A DNA stretch of 64,000 bases from Squalus acanthias. Taxonomy: Eukaryota. The position numbers and the translations under genes are program-made. The notes under the pieces are model-generated. The model was not told where the DNA came from, did not search any database, and saw only the letters and a list, made by a program, of their open reading frames with translations. Of the stretch, positions 35,399 to 48,187 are shown piece after piece (positions within the stretch are counted from its first letter, which is position 1; every line of letters begins with the position of its first letter). The stretch lies in assembly GCA_030390025.1 (NCBI GenBank), contig CM059432.1:90770001-90834000 (forward strand), written 5' to 3'.

Positions 35399-36304
35399 TT
35401 GACTAACATTCACTACAAGCCCACCGACTCCCACAGCTACCTGGACTACACTTCCTCCCACCCCGCCTCCTGTAAGGACTCTATTCCATTCTCCCAGTTT
35501 CTCCGTCTCCGCCGCATCTGCTCTGATGATGCCACCTTCCATACCAGTGCTTCCGACATGTCTTCCTTTTTCCTCAACCGAGGATTCCCCTCTACCGTGG
35601 TCGACACGGCCCTCGACCGTGTCCGTTCTATCTCCCGCACATCCGCCCTCACCCCTGCCCCTCCCTCCCGGAACCACGATAGGGTTCCCCTTGTCCTCAC
35701 CTTTCACCCCACCAGCCTCCACATTCAACGGATCATCCTCCGCCATTTCCGCCACCTCCAGCGTGATCCCACCACCAAACACATCTTCCCCTCACCTCCC
35801 CTTTCAGCATTCCGCAGGGACCGCTCCCTCCGCGACACCCTAGTCCACTCCTCTACCACCCCCAGCACCCCTTCCCCTTCGCCTGGCACCTTCCCGTGCA
35901 CGCGCAGGAGATGCAACACATGCCCTTATACCTCCCCTCTTCCCACTGTCCAGGGCCCCAAACACCCCTTCCAGGTGAAACAGCGATTTACTTGTACTTC
36001 CTGCAATTTAGTATACTGTATTCGCTGCTCACGATGTGGACTCCTCTACATTGGGGAGACCAAACGCAGATTGGGTGACCGCTTTGCGGAACACCTCCGT
36101 TCAGTCCGTAAGGGGGACCCCGAGCTCCCGGTGGCCTGTCACTTTAATTCACCGCTTCACTCCCACTCTGACCTCACCGTCCTCGGCCTAATACACTGTT
36201 CCACGGAAGCTCAGCGTAAGCTCGAGGAACAGCACCTCATCTTTCGTTTAGGCACGCTACAGCCCTCTGGACTCAATATCGAGTTCAACAATTTTAGATC
36301 ATAA
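35399..36304 (+). CDS. Penelope RT thumb, Cys linker and GIY-YIG endonuclease (open frame, partial)
   Basis: YKPTDSHSYL, SQFLRLRRICS, CTRRRCNTC, VYCIRCSRCGLLYIGETKRRLGDRFAEH, GLN. Confidence 0.85.
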   Translation: MTNIHYKPTDSHSYLDYTSSHPASCKDSIPFSQFLRLRRICSDDATFHTSASDMSSFFLNRGFPSTVVDTALDRVRSISRTSALTPAPPSRNHDRVPLVLTFHPTSLHIQRIILRHFRHLQRDPTTKHIFPSPPLSAFRRDRSLRDTLVHSSTTPSTPSPSPGTFPCTRRRCNTCPYTSPLPTVQGPKHPFQVKQRFTCTSCNLVYCIRCSRCGLLYIGETKRRLGDRFAEHLRSVRKGDPELPVACHFNSPLHSHSDLTVLGLIHCSTEAQRKLEEQHLIFRLGTLQPSGLNIEFNNFRS

Positions 36305-36580
36305 CCTCAGCTCCAATCACATTTATATTTTATTTTATCTACCCTTTTATTTGTCCCCCCCACCTTTTTTTTCCTCCTAGAAGCTGGCAGCTGTCCTTCA
36401 TTCTGCCAGTAGATTTCACACTTCATTCAGCCTTAATCTGTCACATTAACACCACCTCTAGCCTTGCATATCTCTTAATGTCTCTTAATGTCTCTTCATC
36501 TCCTCCTTTGTTCCTTTATCCCCTCCCCCTTTTCCCAGCTTTACCCTGGCCTTAAATCTATTTGATTTCCAGCTCTTCCC

Positions 36581-36617
36581 AGTTCTGATGAAAGGTCATC
36601 GACCTGAAACGTCAACT
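36581..36617 (+). ncRNA. Minimal hammerhead ribozyme motif (GUC site)
   Basis: AGTT-CTGATGA-A-AGGTC ATC GACCT-GAAA-CGTC-AACT. Confidence 0.75.
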
Positions 36618-36744
36618 CTCTTTCTCTCTCCACGGATGCTGCCTGGCCTGCTGAGTTTTTCCAGCGTTTTCTGTTGTTATTTCGGATTTCCAGCATCTGC
36701 AGTATTTTGCTATCATAACAAGTTCCCTCTTCAGTCAGGCCCCT

Positions 36745-38240
36745 CAAAGCGTTGTACAGCACGGAAAAGGCCATTCGGCCCATCGCATGTGTGCCAGCTC
36801 GCTAAACGAGCTGCCCACTTAGTCCATTTCCTCATACCCTTTTTTATTTTTCAATATTTATTATCAACTTCTCTTTTAAAAGCTATCCTGGATTCTGCTT
36901 CAACTACAGTTTCTGGTTTGAGCCCTTTGTATAAAAGTAGTTTTTTTTTTATCTTCTTCCTTCGTTCTTTTGGTGATAATGTTCACTTTAGGCCCTCTAA
37001 TTACCAATGCAGCAAGCAGTGGAAATAGTTTTTCCCAATTTACCTTATTAAAATTTCTCATAGTTTTGAACACCTCTATCAGGTCTCTTCTTAACCTTCT
37101 TTGTTTTAATGAAAAGAGTCCCATTTTCTCTTGTCTCTCCTCATAAGTAAAGCCCCTCATTCCTAGTATTATCTTAGTGACTCTCTTCTGTACTCTCAAC
37201 AACAACTTGCATTTATATAGCACTTTTAACATAGTAAAGCATCCCAAGGCACTTAACAGGAGCATTATCAGACAAAATTTGACACTGAGCCACATAAAGA
37301 GATATTAGGACAGTTGACCACAAGCTTGGTCAAAGAGGTAGGTTTTAAGGAGCGACTTAAAGGAGGAGAGAGAGAGGCGGAGAGGTTTAGGGAGGGAATT
37401 CAGAGTTTAGGGCCTAAGCAGCTGAAGACACGGCCACCAATGATAGAGCGAAGGAAATCGGGAATGTGCAAGAGGCCAGAATTGGAGGAGCGCAGAGTTC
37501 TTGGAGGGTTGTAGGGCTGGAGGAGGTTACAGAGATAGGGATTTAAACACCAGGATGAGAATTTTAAATTTGAGGCGTTGGTGAACCAGGATCTAATGTA
37601 GGTCAGCGAGCACCGGGGTGATGGGTGAACGGACTTGCTGTTAGTTAGGATACAGGCAGCAGAGTTTTGGATGAGCTTAAGTTTACGGAGGCGGTAGATG
37701 GGAGGCCAGCCAGGAGAGGCATTGGAATAGTTGAGTCTGGAGGTAGTAACGGCATGGATGAAGGTTTCAGCAGCAGATGGGTTGAGCAGGGGTGGAGACG
37801 GGTGGTGTTATGGATGTGAAAGTAGGCGGCCTTGATGATGGAGAGGATATGGAGTTGTAAGCTCAGCTCAGCGTCAAATAGGACGCTGAGGTTGCCAAAC
37901 AGTCTGATTGAGCCTCAAATAGTGGCCAGAGGGAGTTACTGTCTTCATGGCTTTGACAATCCTTTCTAATATAATATACCAAAAACTTCCACACTATTCT
38001 AACTGCAGCCTAACCAATGATTTGAACACGTTTAGAGCTTTACCTCTCTGTTTTTGTACTCTATTGCCTTATTTATAAAACCTAGGATCCCATATTTGTT
38101 TTAACCTGTTAGTGTTTATGTTCTCTCCTTATTCTTACTCCTGAAATTAATCACCTCAGATTTCTCTGCATTAATTTGCTTCTGTCATCCATCTGCCTAA
38201 TTTACTAAACTGTCTATACCCTCCGGAATTTTTACATAGC
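36745..38240 (-). mobile_element. Decayed CR1 3' region interrupted by an L2 fragment
   Basis: ORF 36900-37295 (RVQKRVT...LFSLKQRRLRRDLIEVFK); CR1-like sequence resumes after about 37935. Confidence 0.75.
37197..37935 (-). mobile_element. L2 LINE 3' fragment
   Basis: caacaacaacttgcatttatatagc tail; colinear with 26849-27620. Confidence 0.85.
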
Positions 38241-38299
38241 AATAGATATAGGTTACAACACGGAAACAGACCATTTGGCTCAATCTCTGAAGCAGGAGC

Positions 38300-40391
38300 T
38301 GCTGTTAAACCATACTGCAGACCATCGTGCCAAATGTGATATAGGTGATTTATTTAGTGCCAAATATGATAAATGCCTTCCATTCATTTCTCACCCGGCT
38401 GATCAACCCATAGTGCTTTTCTTCAAAGAAGGTTTTCTAACTCTACTACTCCTGTGAGGTGCTCCACAAATGGCCTAAGAAGAGCCAGTGGAAAGTCGCT
38501 GTTCATCATGTGGGGACCCTTGAGATGCTTATGGCCGGCGACTTCTGGGTGCTCGAGCCTGTGAGGGTCCGGCTGCAGGCTGCTACAACTCGGTTGACTT
38601 GCTAGCAGTATTGCAGGTATTGGTTGAGGGGGGATGTATGTGCAGGGGTGCTAACATCCTGAGAGAGGCCAGCATGTACTGCTCCCATTGCACCACTTCC
38701 ACTGATCTGCGCGAGAGCATATTGCATAAGGTAATCATCCCCTTCAAAGCCCCTGTCCTTTTGATCCACCAATCTCTCCATTGTGGAGCCCAGAGTCTGC
38801 ATGGCAGCTGTTTGAGCTTCCACCAGAGCTGGAAAGCATGCTAGTATGGTCTCCTGCCGTGAGGGCCCAGCTATCTTATTCCCACAGGTAACCACACTAT
38901 CCATGGTAGATTGCAGAGTGGTGATGTTATGCGCAATGACACCACAGAAGCTGGATGCGAACTTCTCCACACTTTCAGCCGTAGTAGTGAAACTTTTTGG
39001 CATGCCTTCCAATACCTTATAGAGCTTTTTATGTGAGGCCAGCAGTTTTCTTCTCCTGGCTGGGCCCTTGAAGTCCTCATCGCTGTCGTCCTCAGCAGAG
39101 CTAGGAGAGGGCCTCGCCTTCCAGTGAAGTCTCTCTTTGGCTATTCCTGCCACCAGTAGCTGCTGCTGCCCACTGGTGCTGGGTGTTTCACCATGTGCAG
39201 ACCCCTCTGCTCATTATCTAGCCAAAGCAGAGTGCCAATGTCTGAGCTGGTGCCTGGGAGGGGTAGAGCGCCTCAGGAAGATTGTCCTCCTCTGAGGTCT
39301 GTTCTTCTGCTGGAGCCTCTTGATGTTGAGAAGTCCTGCGAAGAAACAGAAAAGGGAGAAGAGTTAGGATGGGAGACAAAAGCTGTACATAATCAGGTGA
39401 CTGTGCTGAGAATGCATGCTTGCTGCATCTGAGCTGAGTTGAAATAAGTAATATACTGGCTCCCTTCTTGGGTACGCCACCAGTCTCTCCTTTCCCGATG
39501 CTCATGACCCTGCCTGGACCAGTGATGTCCAGGGCTTCCTGCTCTGCCTGTGTGAGGGTGATGATGTTGGAAACTCCTCCAACTGCCCTTTCCCTTGATA
39601 TGTCTTTAGGCGCGGTCTTGTCCTGTAGAAAGAGAGGGCATGGCTGTTGAGATGGTTAGCTGAAATGTGTGGGGCTTGTGCATATAGTGAATCTGTGGTG
39701 TGAAGAGGGGAAAGGAAGAGGTGTTTGTAATGAGCAAAAGAGGTGTTTTAGTTCTTGTGACTGTATGTTAAGTATGTGATAGAAGAGTGGTCATAGTTGA
39801 AAGTGGTTTTGAGATGGTGGGAGAGGAGTGTTGTGAGGTGCTGGTGAGAGAGGTGGAGAGATAAAGAGGTGTACTCATCCTTGCTACTCCTGTGAGGTCA
39901 TTAAACCTCTTTCTACATTGAACCCAGGTTCTGGGGTTGATGCTACTGACACTGACCCTATCAGCTACCTCTGTCCAGGCTTGCCTGACAGTGGCCTTGG
40001 GGATGCTCCAGCGGGTTCTGGGGAAGAGCACCTCCTTTCTGATCCTCATTTCTTCCACTGGGACTTCCAGGAAGGCATCAGGAAAGCAGAGGGCAGCCCT
40101 TTGACTCTGCAGGCAAAATGTTTTCCACAGTTGTTCACTGGAAAATGCAAGCAGAGGATGCAACCTCGCTTTAAGAGGTGCATCCTTGCATTAAGTACAG
40201 TCGGGAAATGCGGCAGAAATTGTGTAGGTCACGTGGGCAAGCAGCCCGATTCTGCAGGTAATCAGGTGGGTAGCCCATCCTTCAAACGTTAATGAGGCCC
40301 TGGAGTTAAAATGGCTCAGGTCTCACATCAACAATGTTATGGGGGCTTGTCAACCACCCGCACGATTCCCACCAAAGTTAAAATTGAGGCT
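38300..40391 (-). mobile_element. Harbinger derivative carrying a decayed three-exon Myb/SANT-like gene and no transposase
   Basis: TIR-like AAAATTGAGGCT at 40391; AWTEVADRVSVSSINPRTWVQCRKRFNDL; exon 2 acceptor near 39623; last exon ORF 38602-39153; left end unclear. Confidence 0.75.
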
Positions 40392-41335
40392 TTAGTCTTG
40401 TATCTATGGCCCCTTGGTCTTGAGTCTACAACTACTGTAAACAGTCTGCTTCTACCTACCCTGTTCCATCCTTTCATAATTTCACTTCCATCATATCACA
40501 CCATAATCTGCGTTGTTCTGACACAAAAAGACCCAGTTTTTTCAAGTCTTTCTTTATACTTATATTTTTCCATACCAGGCAGTATCCTAGTGGATCTGCA
40601 TTGTACTTTCTCTACAGCCTTAATATCGTTCCTATCTTGTGAGGCCCAATACGGCACACAGTACTCTAGTTGAGGTCTTATTAAAGTTTTAAATAAGGTC
40701 ATCATTACCTCTTGACTTTTACGTTCTGTACCTCGTAATAAAACCTAGAATTCCAAGATTTTTTTACAACCTTATCAACTTGAGATGCTGCCTTTAATGT
40801 CCTGTGAGCCTGTACCCCCAAATCCCTCCTTTTCCACAGTACCAAGGCTTCATCCATTCAGAGTATAATTACTGCTACTATTTTTTTTAAACCAAAATTC
40901 ATCACCTCACATCTGCTGACATTGAATTCAATTTTAACCTGTTCTCCCATTTTATCAATATCCTTTGTAGCTACCTTTGGTCTTTCAAAGAATATACCTC
41001 TTATTTTGGTATAAGCTACAAATTTCGACACCGCTCCTTCGAGGGCTATATCCACATCATTGATATACACAATGAATAGAAGTGGCTCTAGAACTGAACC
41101 CTGTGGGACACCGCTACCCACTTCCAACCCCTCTGATAAACTACCCTTAATTCCTACTCCCTTTTTCTCCCTTCTAGCCAATTTTTAATCCAGTTTTCTA
41201 AACTCCCCCTAATACTATACCCCTTAATCTTCTCTAGTAATCTCCAGTGTGGTACCTTGTGAAAGGCTTTCCTAAATTCCATGTACACTACATCCACTGC
41301 ATTTCCCCCGTCTACCACATCTGGTACTTCCTCAG

Positions 41336-43193
41336 ATAGTAAGAGCTACAAAAAGGGAGTATGAAAAGAAACTTGCAAGGGATATCAAAATAAACACACA
41401 TTTTTTTTACAATTATATTAGGAAACAGAGGGTAGTCAGGAGCAATGTGGGCCCCATAAAAACTGAAAGCGGTGATATTATTAATGATAATAAGGAAATG
41501 GTGGACATGTTGAATAATTACTTTGCGTCAGTATTTACAGTAGAGGAAGAGGATAGCATCCAGAAATCCCAAGGAAACTAAATCAGGGACAGGGACTCAA
41601 TAAAATTAACGAAGAAAATAATGGCACTAAATAGTGACAACTACCCAGGACCAGATGGTTTCTATCCCAGGGTTTTAAAGGAAGTAGGTGAGTACATTGC
41701 AGATGCCCTAACTATAATCTTCCAAAGTTTTCTCGATTCAGGAACCATTCCTTTAAATTGGCAAATTGCACATATCACTCCACTATTTAAAAATGGTGAG
41801 AGAGGGAAACCAGGGAATTATAGACCAGTTAGCCTAACATCTGTTGTTGGGAAATTGTTAGAGTCTATAATTAAGGATAGGGTGACTGAACATCTCGAAA
41901 ATTTTCAGTTGATCAGAGAGAGCCAGCATGGATTTGTGAAACGTAGGTCATGCCCGACAAAGCTGACTGAATTTTTTGAAGAGGTGACTAAAGTAGTGGC
42001 AGGGGAATGTCTATGGATGTTATTTATATGGACTTCCAGAAAACATTTGATAAAGCCTCAGATAAGAGACTGTTAACTAAGGTAGAAGCCCACAGAATTG
42101 AAGGTACATTATTGACCTGGTTAGGAAATTGGCTGAGTGGCAGGAGACAGAGAGTAGGGATAATGGGTAGGTACTCAAATTGGCAGGATGTGACTAGTGG
42201 TGTCCCGCAGGGATCTGTGTTGGGGCCTCAACTATTCACAGTATTTATTAACAACTTAGATGATGGCATAGAAAGTTATATATCCAAATTTGCCGATGAC
42301 ACAAAGATAGGTGGAATTGTAGGCAGTGTAGATGGAAGCATAAAATTACAAAGGGATATGGACAGATTAAGTGAATGAGCAACACTGTGGCAAATAGATT
42401 TCAATGTTGGCAAATGTGAGGTCATCCACTTTGGACCTAAAAAGGATAGAACAGGGTACTTTCTAAATGGTGAAAGGCTAAAAACAGTGGAGGTCCAAAG
42501 AGACTTGGGGGGGGACCAGGTACATAGATCATTAAAATCTCATGAACAGGTACAGAAAATAATCAAAGGGTGCTGGCCTTTATATCTAGAGGACTAAAAT
42601 ACAAAGGGGTAGAAGTTATGCTGCAGCTATACAAAACCCTGGTTAGACCACACCTGGAGTACTGTGAGCAGTTCTGGGCACCACACCTTAGGAAGGATAT
42701 ATTGGCCTTGGAGAGAGTACAACGTAGGCTTACCAGAATGATACCCGGACTTCAAGTGTTAAGTTACGAGGAGAAATTACACAAATTAGAGTTCTATTCC
42801 CTAGAATTTAGAAGGTTAAGGGGTGATCTGATCAAAGTTTTCAAGATATTAAGGGGAACAGATAGGGTAGATAGAGAGAAACTATTTCCACTGGTTGGGG
42901 ATTCTAGGACTAGGGGGCATAGTCTAAAAATTAGAGCCAAACCTTTCAGGAGTGAAATTAGGAAACACTTCTACACACAAAGGGTGGTAGAAGTTTGGAA
43001 CTCTCTCCCGCAAACGGTAATTGATACTAGATCGATTGTTAATTTTAAATCGGAGATTGATAGCTTTCTATTAACCAAAGGTATTAAGGGATATGGGCCA
43101 AAGGCGGGTATATGGAGTTAGGTTGCAGATCAGCCATGATCTCATTGAATGGCGAAGCAGGCTCGAGGGCCTGAATGGCACACTCCTGTTCCT
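41336..43193 (+). mobile_element. 5'-truncated CR1 with frameshifted ORF2
   Basis: ORFs 41621-42076, 42007-42378 and 42570-43121 with RT motifs; 3' stem-loop tail. Confidence 0.9.
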
Positions 43194-43673
43194 CAAATAA
43201 CTTTGAGGTTTGTCAAGCACGATTGTCTCTTTCAAATTCGTGCTGGCTACTTCTAACTATTTTCTCTTTATCTAGATAAGTGGTAATTTTATCCTTAATT
43301 AAAGATTCTAAAATGTCCTCTACCACAGATGTTTAGCTAACTGACCTGTAATTACATGGATTAGCTATGTCTCCCTTTTTTTAAAAATGGCTACTACATT
43401 GTACACTCTCCAGTCCTCTGGCACACATCCACACTCACTAGAGCCCTGAAGTAATATTTCTAGGTCCTCGGCAACTTCCTCCCTCATTTTCCTCAGGAAC
43501 CTAGGATCTATCCCATCAGGCCCTGACGCTTTATCTCCCTTTAACTTAACTGACTTATCTAAAATGTTCCTTTTATTCATCATAATTTCACTTCTCTTGC
43601 TCTCAATCACTTCAGGATTCACCTTCTCTCCAATATCCTTCTCTTTACTAAAGACCGATGCAAAGTACACATT

Positions 43674-44530
43674 GGCCGCGATTTTCTCGATCGATGCGGC
43701 TTGGGAGCGGGTCAGCTGGTTTCTGGGTTCCAGTCCCGCCCCCAACTTCATACAGCCCACGGATGTGATTTTAACTCAATTGGCCTTGTTAAGCCCGCCC
43801 TGCGGGCTTGCCGGCCAATTAAGAAGAAGCCGGTCAGATGACGTCATTTGATGACGTATCATCTGCCAGTTTTCTTAAAGGGACCACACACAATTTTTCT
43901 TTGACAGCTCATATCTCAGTGTTTGACAGCATTGAGGTGCTGCAAACACTGACAATGACTGTTCACAGGTGAGTTCTTGTCCAGTGACTCCCCCCTTAGG
44001 CTAGAACAGATGGCAGCTGCAGGTGAGGTTACAGAAGTGATCTGTCACTGGTGACAGAGGTTCTCCCAATGAGGTGAGACTACACATACAATTCAAAACT
44101 TGTTACCTACAGAAAAGTGTAAATGCATTAAAAATGAATTTCCCAACATTTTCTTACCTCTGAAACTCACCAGTGCACCATTGGATCCTTCACACCATTC
44201 TGCAGCTGTCATCAATGCAGAAACATTACAGCAGACTCACAACATGACACACTTACCTGACGTGGTGTCCGGACGTCGGGAAGCTCGAAGTAGAAGTGTC
44301 AAAATTGAAAAAGAGCCTGTTAACTGCCTGTTAACAACCTTTAACAGGCAGTTAAGTGGCTATAATCCTCTTCCTGCCGCTAGGTGTCGGGTCCATGCGC
44401 AAACCCGACACTTGGGAAGATTGATTGGAGGCGGGTTGACAGCGGGTTTCCTGCCCACTGTCAATCTTTGCGATTTTGCCAGCGGTCCCGCCTCCAAACC
44501 CACCTCCTGAGCGCCGGCAAAATTCCGGCC
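43674..44530. mobile_element. PIF/Harbinger MITE (AACCCGCC family)
   Basis: TIRs GGCCGCGATTTT / AAAATTCCGGCC; TSD ATT; both ends homologous to 51577-53375 in inverted orientation. Confidence 0.85.
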
Positions 44531-44694
44531 ATTAAATACATCTGCCATTTTTTAATCATCACACAATTGACAATCCTTTCCTCTCAGTGGTCCCACCTCA
44601 CCTTTAACGATTCTCTTTTTACTGATATACTTGATATAAAAACAGAAAATGCTGGAAATTCTCAGCAGGTCAGGCAGCATCTGTAGAGAAACAG

Positions 44695-44731
44695 AGTTAA
44701 CGTTTCAGGTCGATGACCCTTCGTCAGAACT
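44695..44731 (-). ncRNA. Minimal hammerhead ribozyme motif
   Basis: Minus strand AGTT-CTGACGA-A-GGGTC ATC GACCT-GAAA-CGTT-AACT. Confidence 0.72.
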
Positions 44732-46932
44732 GGAAAAAGTTGGAGATGTAACAGGTTTTTAAGCAAGTGTAGAGGCAGGGAGAGGGGGGAGGGGAGGAAA
44801 GAACAAAAGGGAAGGTCTGTGATACGATGGAAGGCAGGAGAGATTAAGAGACAAAAGGGATGATGGTACAAGGCAAAAGGAGATGGTAATGGGACAAGTT
44901 AAGAAACAAAAGATGACTCTAGATGAAGTGTAAATGGCAATGGCAGATTGATCGACAGCTGCCATGTGAGAGAGAGTAAAAAAAATAATGATGGGGCAGA
45001 GGTTATGGTCTGAAATTGTTGAATTCGATGTTGAGTCCAGAGGGCTGTAAAGTGCCTAATCGAAAGATGAGGTGCTGTTCCTCGAGCTTACGTTGAGCTT
45101 CATTGGAACAGTGTAAGAGGCCGAGGATGGAGAGGTCAGAGTGGGAGTGGAGCGGAAAATTAAAGTGACAGGCAACCAGAAGCTCGGGGTCACCCTTGCG
45201 GACTGAACGGAGGTGTTCCGCAATGCGGTCACCCAATCTGCGTTTTGTCTCCCCAATATAGAGGAGACTGCATCGTGAGCAGCGAATACAGTATACTAAA
45301 TTGCAAGAAGTACAAGTAAATCGCTGTTTCACCTGGAAGGAGTGTTTGGGGCCCTGGACAGTGGGAAGGAAGGAGGTAAAAGGGCAGGTGTTGCATCTCC
45401 TGCGCTTGCACAGGAAGGTGCCGGGGGAAGGGGTGTTGGGAGTGATAGAGGAGTGGACCAGGTTGTCGCGGAGGGAGCGGTCCCTTCGGAATGCTGAAAG
45501 GGGAGGTGAGGGGAAGATGTGTTTGGTGGTGGGGTCACGCTGGAGGTGGCGGAAATGGCGGAGGCTGATCCGCTGAATGTGGAGGCTGGTGGGGTGAAAG
45601 GTGAGGACAAGGGGAACCGTATCATGGTTCCGGGAGGGAGGGGAAGGGGTGAGAGCAGAAGTGCGGGAAATAGAACGGACACGGTCAACGGCCGTGTCAA
45701 CCACGGTAGAGGGGAATCCTCGGTTGAGGAAAAAGGAAGACATGTCGGAAGCACTAGTATGGAAGTGGCATCGCCAAAGCCGATGCGGCAGAGACGAAGA
45801 AACTGGGAGAATGGAATAGAGTCCTTACAGGAAGCGGGGTAGGAGGAAGTGTAGTCCAGGTAGCTGTGGGAGTCAGTGGGCTTATATTGAATGTTTGTCA
45901 ATAGCCTATCCCCAGAGATGGAGACAGAGAAGTCGAGGAAGGGAAGGGAAGAGTCGGAGATGGACCATGTGAAGGTGAGGGAAGGGTGGAAATTGTAAGA
46001 AAAGTGAATGAAATTTTCTAGTTCAGGGCAAGAGCAGGAAAAGGCACCAACACAGTCATCAATGTACCAGAAAAAGAGGTGATGGAGGGGACCCGAGTAG
46101 GACTGGAAAAAAGAACGTTCCACATATCCCACAAAAAGGCAGGCATAGCTAGGACCCATGCGGGTTCCCATAGCAACACCTTTAATATGGAGGAAGTGAG
46201 TGGAGTCATAGGAGAAGTTGTTCAATGTGAGAACAAGTTCAGCCAGGCGAAGGAGGATGGTGGTGGAAGGGGACTGGTTGGGCCTTTGTTCAAGGAAGAA
46301 GCGGAGCGCCCTCAGGCCATCCTGGTGGGGAATGGAGGTGTAGAGGATTGGACGTCCATAGTGAAAAGGAGACGATTGGGGCCAGGAAACTGGAAACTGT
46401 TAAAGTGGCAGAGGGCGTTGGAAGAGTCGTGGATGTAGGTGGGAAGAGACTGGACAAGGGGAGAAAAAATAGATTCGAGATAGGAAGAGATAAGTTCCGT
46501 GGGGCAAGAACAGGCTGAAACGATGGTTCTACCAGGGCAGTCTTGTTTGTGGATCTTGGGAAGGAGGTAGAAGCGGGCTGTGCGGGGTTGGGGAACTATG
46601 AGGTTGGCGGCCGTGGAGGGAGGATCTCCAGAGGAGATGAGGTCAGTGACAGTCTTGGAAACGGTGGCTTGATGTTCGGTAGTGGGGTCATAGTCCAGGG
46701 GGAGGTAGGAGGAGGTGTCGGAGAGTTGGCGTTCAGCCTCCGCTAGGTAGAGGTCGGTTCGCCAAACAACAACAGCGCCACCCTTGTCAGCAGATTTAAT
46801 GACAATGTTGGGGTTGGATCTGAGAGAATGCCTTCCATCCTATCATAGACCTTCCCTTTTGTTCTTTCCTCCCCTCCCCCTCTCCCTGCCCCTACAAATG
46901 CTTAAAAACCTGTTACATCTCCAGCTTTTTCC

Positions 46933-46969
46933 AGTTCTGACGAAGGGTCATCGACCTGAAACGTTAACT
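46933..46969 (+). ncRNA. Minimal hammerhead ribozyme motif
   Basis: AGTT-CTGACGA-A-GGGTC ATC GACCT-GAAA-CGTT-AACT. Confidence 0.72.
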
Positions 46970-47057
46970 CTGTTTCTCTCTCTACAGATGCTGCCTGACC
47001 TGCTGAGTATTTCCAGCATTTTCTGTTTTTATTCCTAAAACTACTACTAGTTTCCTG

Positions 47058-47413
47058 CGGGGAAAAATTCAGTATCGACCCTTTTGGGGCGCTAATGTTA
47101 GCACCCGGCGCAAATTAGCAGCGGCAACCGCAAAATTGAGTTTTAGCACCCCTTCTTAGGGCGCTAACGTCGGAGAGCAGGGGCGGAGACTTCAGCAGCG
47201 CTTTACACTGGGCTGTGCAGCGCTGTAGCGTTCAATGGCTCCTTCCCTCCCTTAAAGGGAAGGGCCATCACTGCAGGCTCTGCAATTTAAAAAGTACCTA
47301 CCTGGACCACCAAGGCAGCCGCGATCCCGCGCGATCAGCCCCGCGCCCGGTCGCAAAGCATTAGCGCCCCCGGGGGCGCTGACGGAGGCACAAAGTCACC
47401 CAATTTCACCCCC
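47058..47413. mobile_element. Short PIF/Harbinger MITE (TAGCGCC family)
   Basis: TIRs CGGGGAAAAATT / AATTTCACCCCC; TSD CTG. Confidence 0.8.
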
Positions 47414-47440
47414 CTGGTTTCTTAATGGAATATATTTATT

Positions 47441-48187
47441 GGTGCAGAAATTCCGATCCCTACGGATGTGTACACGCTGTGTACTCACCCGTAGGGACAT
47501 CGGAAATGCCGGTTTCAGGCATGCACTGCGCATGCGCTGGAAACCGGCATTTCCGTTCTCTCTTGACAGAACCTCCGGCTGCCCTGGAGAAGAGCCTCTT
47601 CGGGTGGAGAGTTCCGTATTTTGGAGACCCTCCGCCCGCAGAAAACACTTACAATTCTTGCGCCTGGTAAAAGCAGACATAAGGCCTGCTTTTACCAGGA
47701 TAAGAGTTGAAAAAAGTTTTTAAAAAAATGTTTCCACTGATTTATCATTTAAAAATACTTTAAAGAAAGGTAAGTTTATTTTTAGCCCCGTTAAAAACTT
47801 TAATTATTTTTTTCAAAAAATAAAATTTTTGTTTAAAATACTTAATTTATTGTAATTTAAAGTCATTTTAAAAATGTGATTTTTTAAAAAAAGTGTAAAG
47901 TTTTACTATGTTTTGGGGGTGATCTCTATTCATATATTTGACAGGTCTTCCTGTCAAATGTATGAAGGGAGATTCCCTTCTCTGATTGGCTCCCCATGGC
48001 CCACGTGATCCCAGGGACGCTGCGAATCGCCTGCACCTCTGGGATACGTGGGTCCCTGCGCACCGGCAGTTTGGAGAGGCCCAGCAGCGGAACTCTGCGC
48101 CACCCGGGAGCCTTCCGGTCTTGGTGCAGATTTTTCCAGATCGCAGCCCTCCGCCCGCGGGAGGCCTGTAATCGGAATTTCTGGGCC
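47441..48187. mobile_element. MITE with GGCCC TIR and AWT target (inverted relative to the other three copies)
   Basis: TIRs GGTGCAGAAATT / AATTTCTGGGCC; TSD ATT. Confidence 0.85.

Larger units (their letters stand above)
35213..36711 (+). mobile_element. Penelope-like element (Neptune-type), 5'-truncated
   Basis: Starts at FRYIDD; GIY-YIG ORF; pLTR; 16-bp TSD ATCATAACAAGTTCCC (35197-35212 / 36712-36727). Confidence 0.92.
44637..47033 (-). mobile_element. Penelope-like element (Neptune-type) with an inverted pLTR copy at its 5' end
   Basis: Frameshifted RT (ADKGGAVVV, GVAMG, YIDD) and GIY-YIG on the - strand over 45003-46830; pLTR 44637-45000; + strand pLTR copy 46831-47033. Confidence 0.92.
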
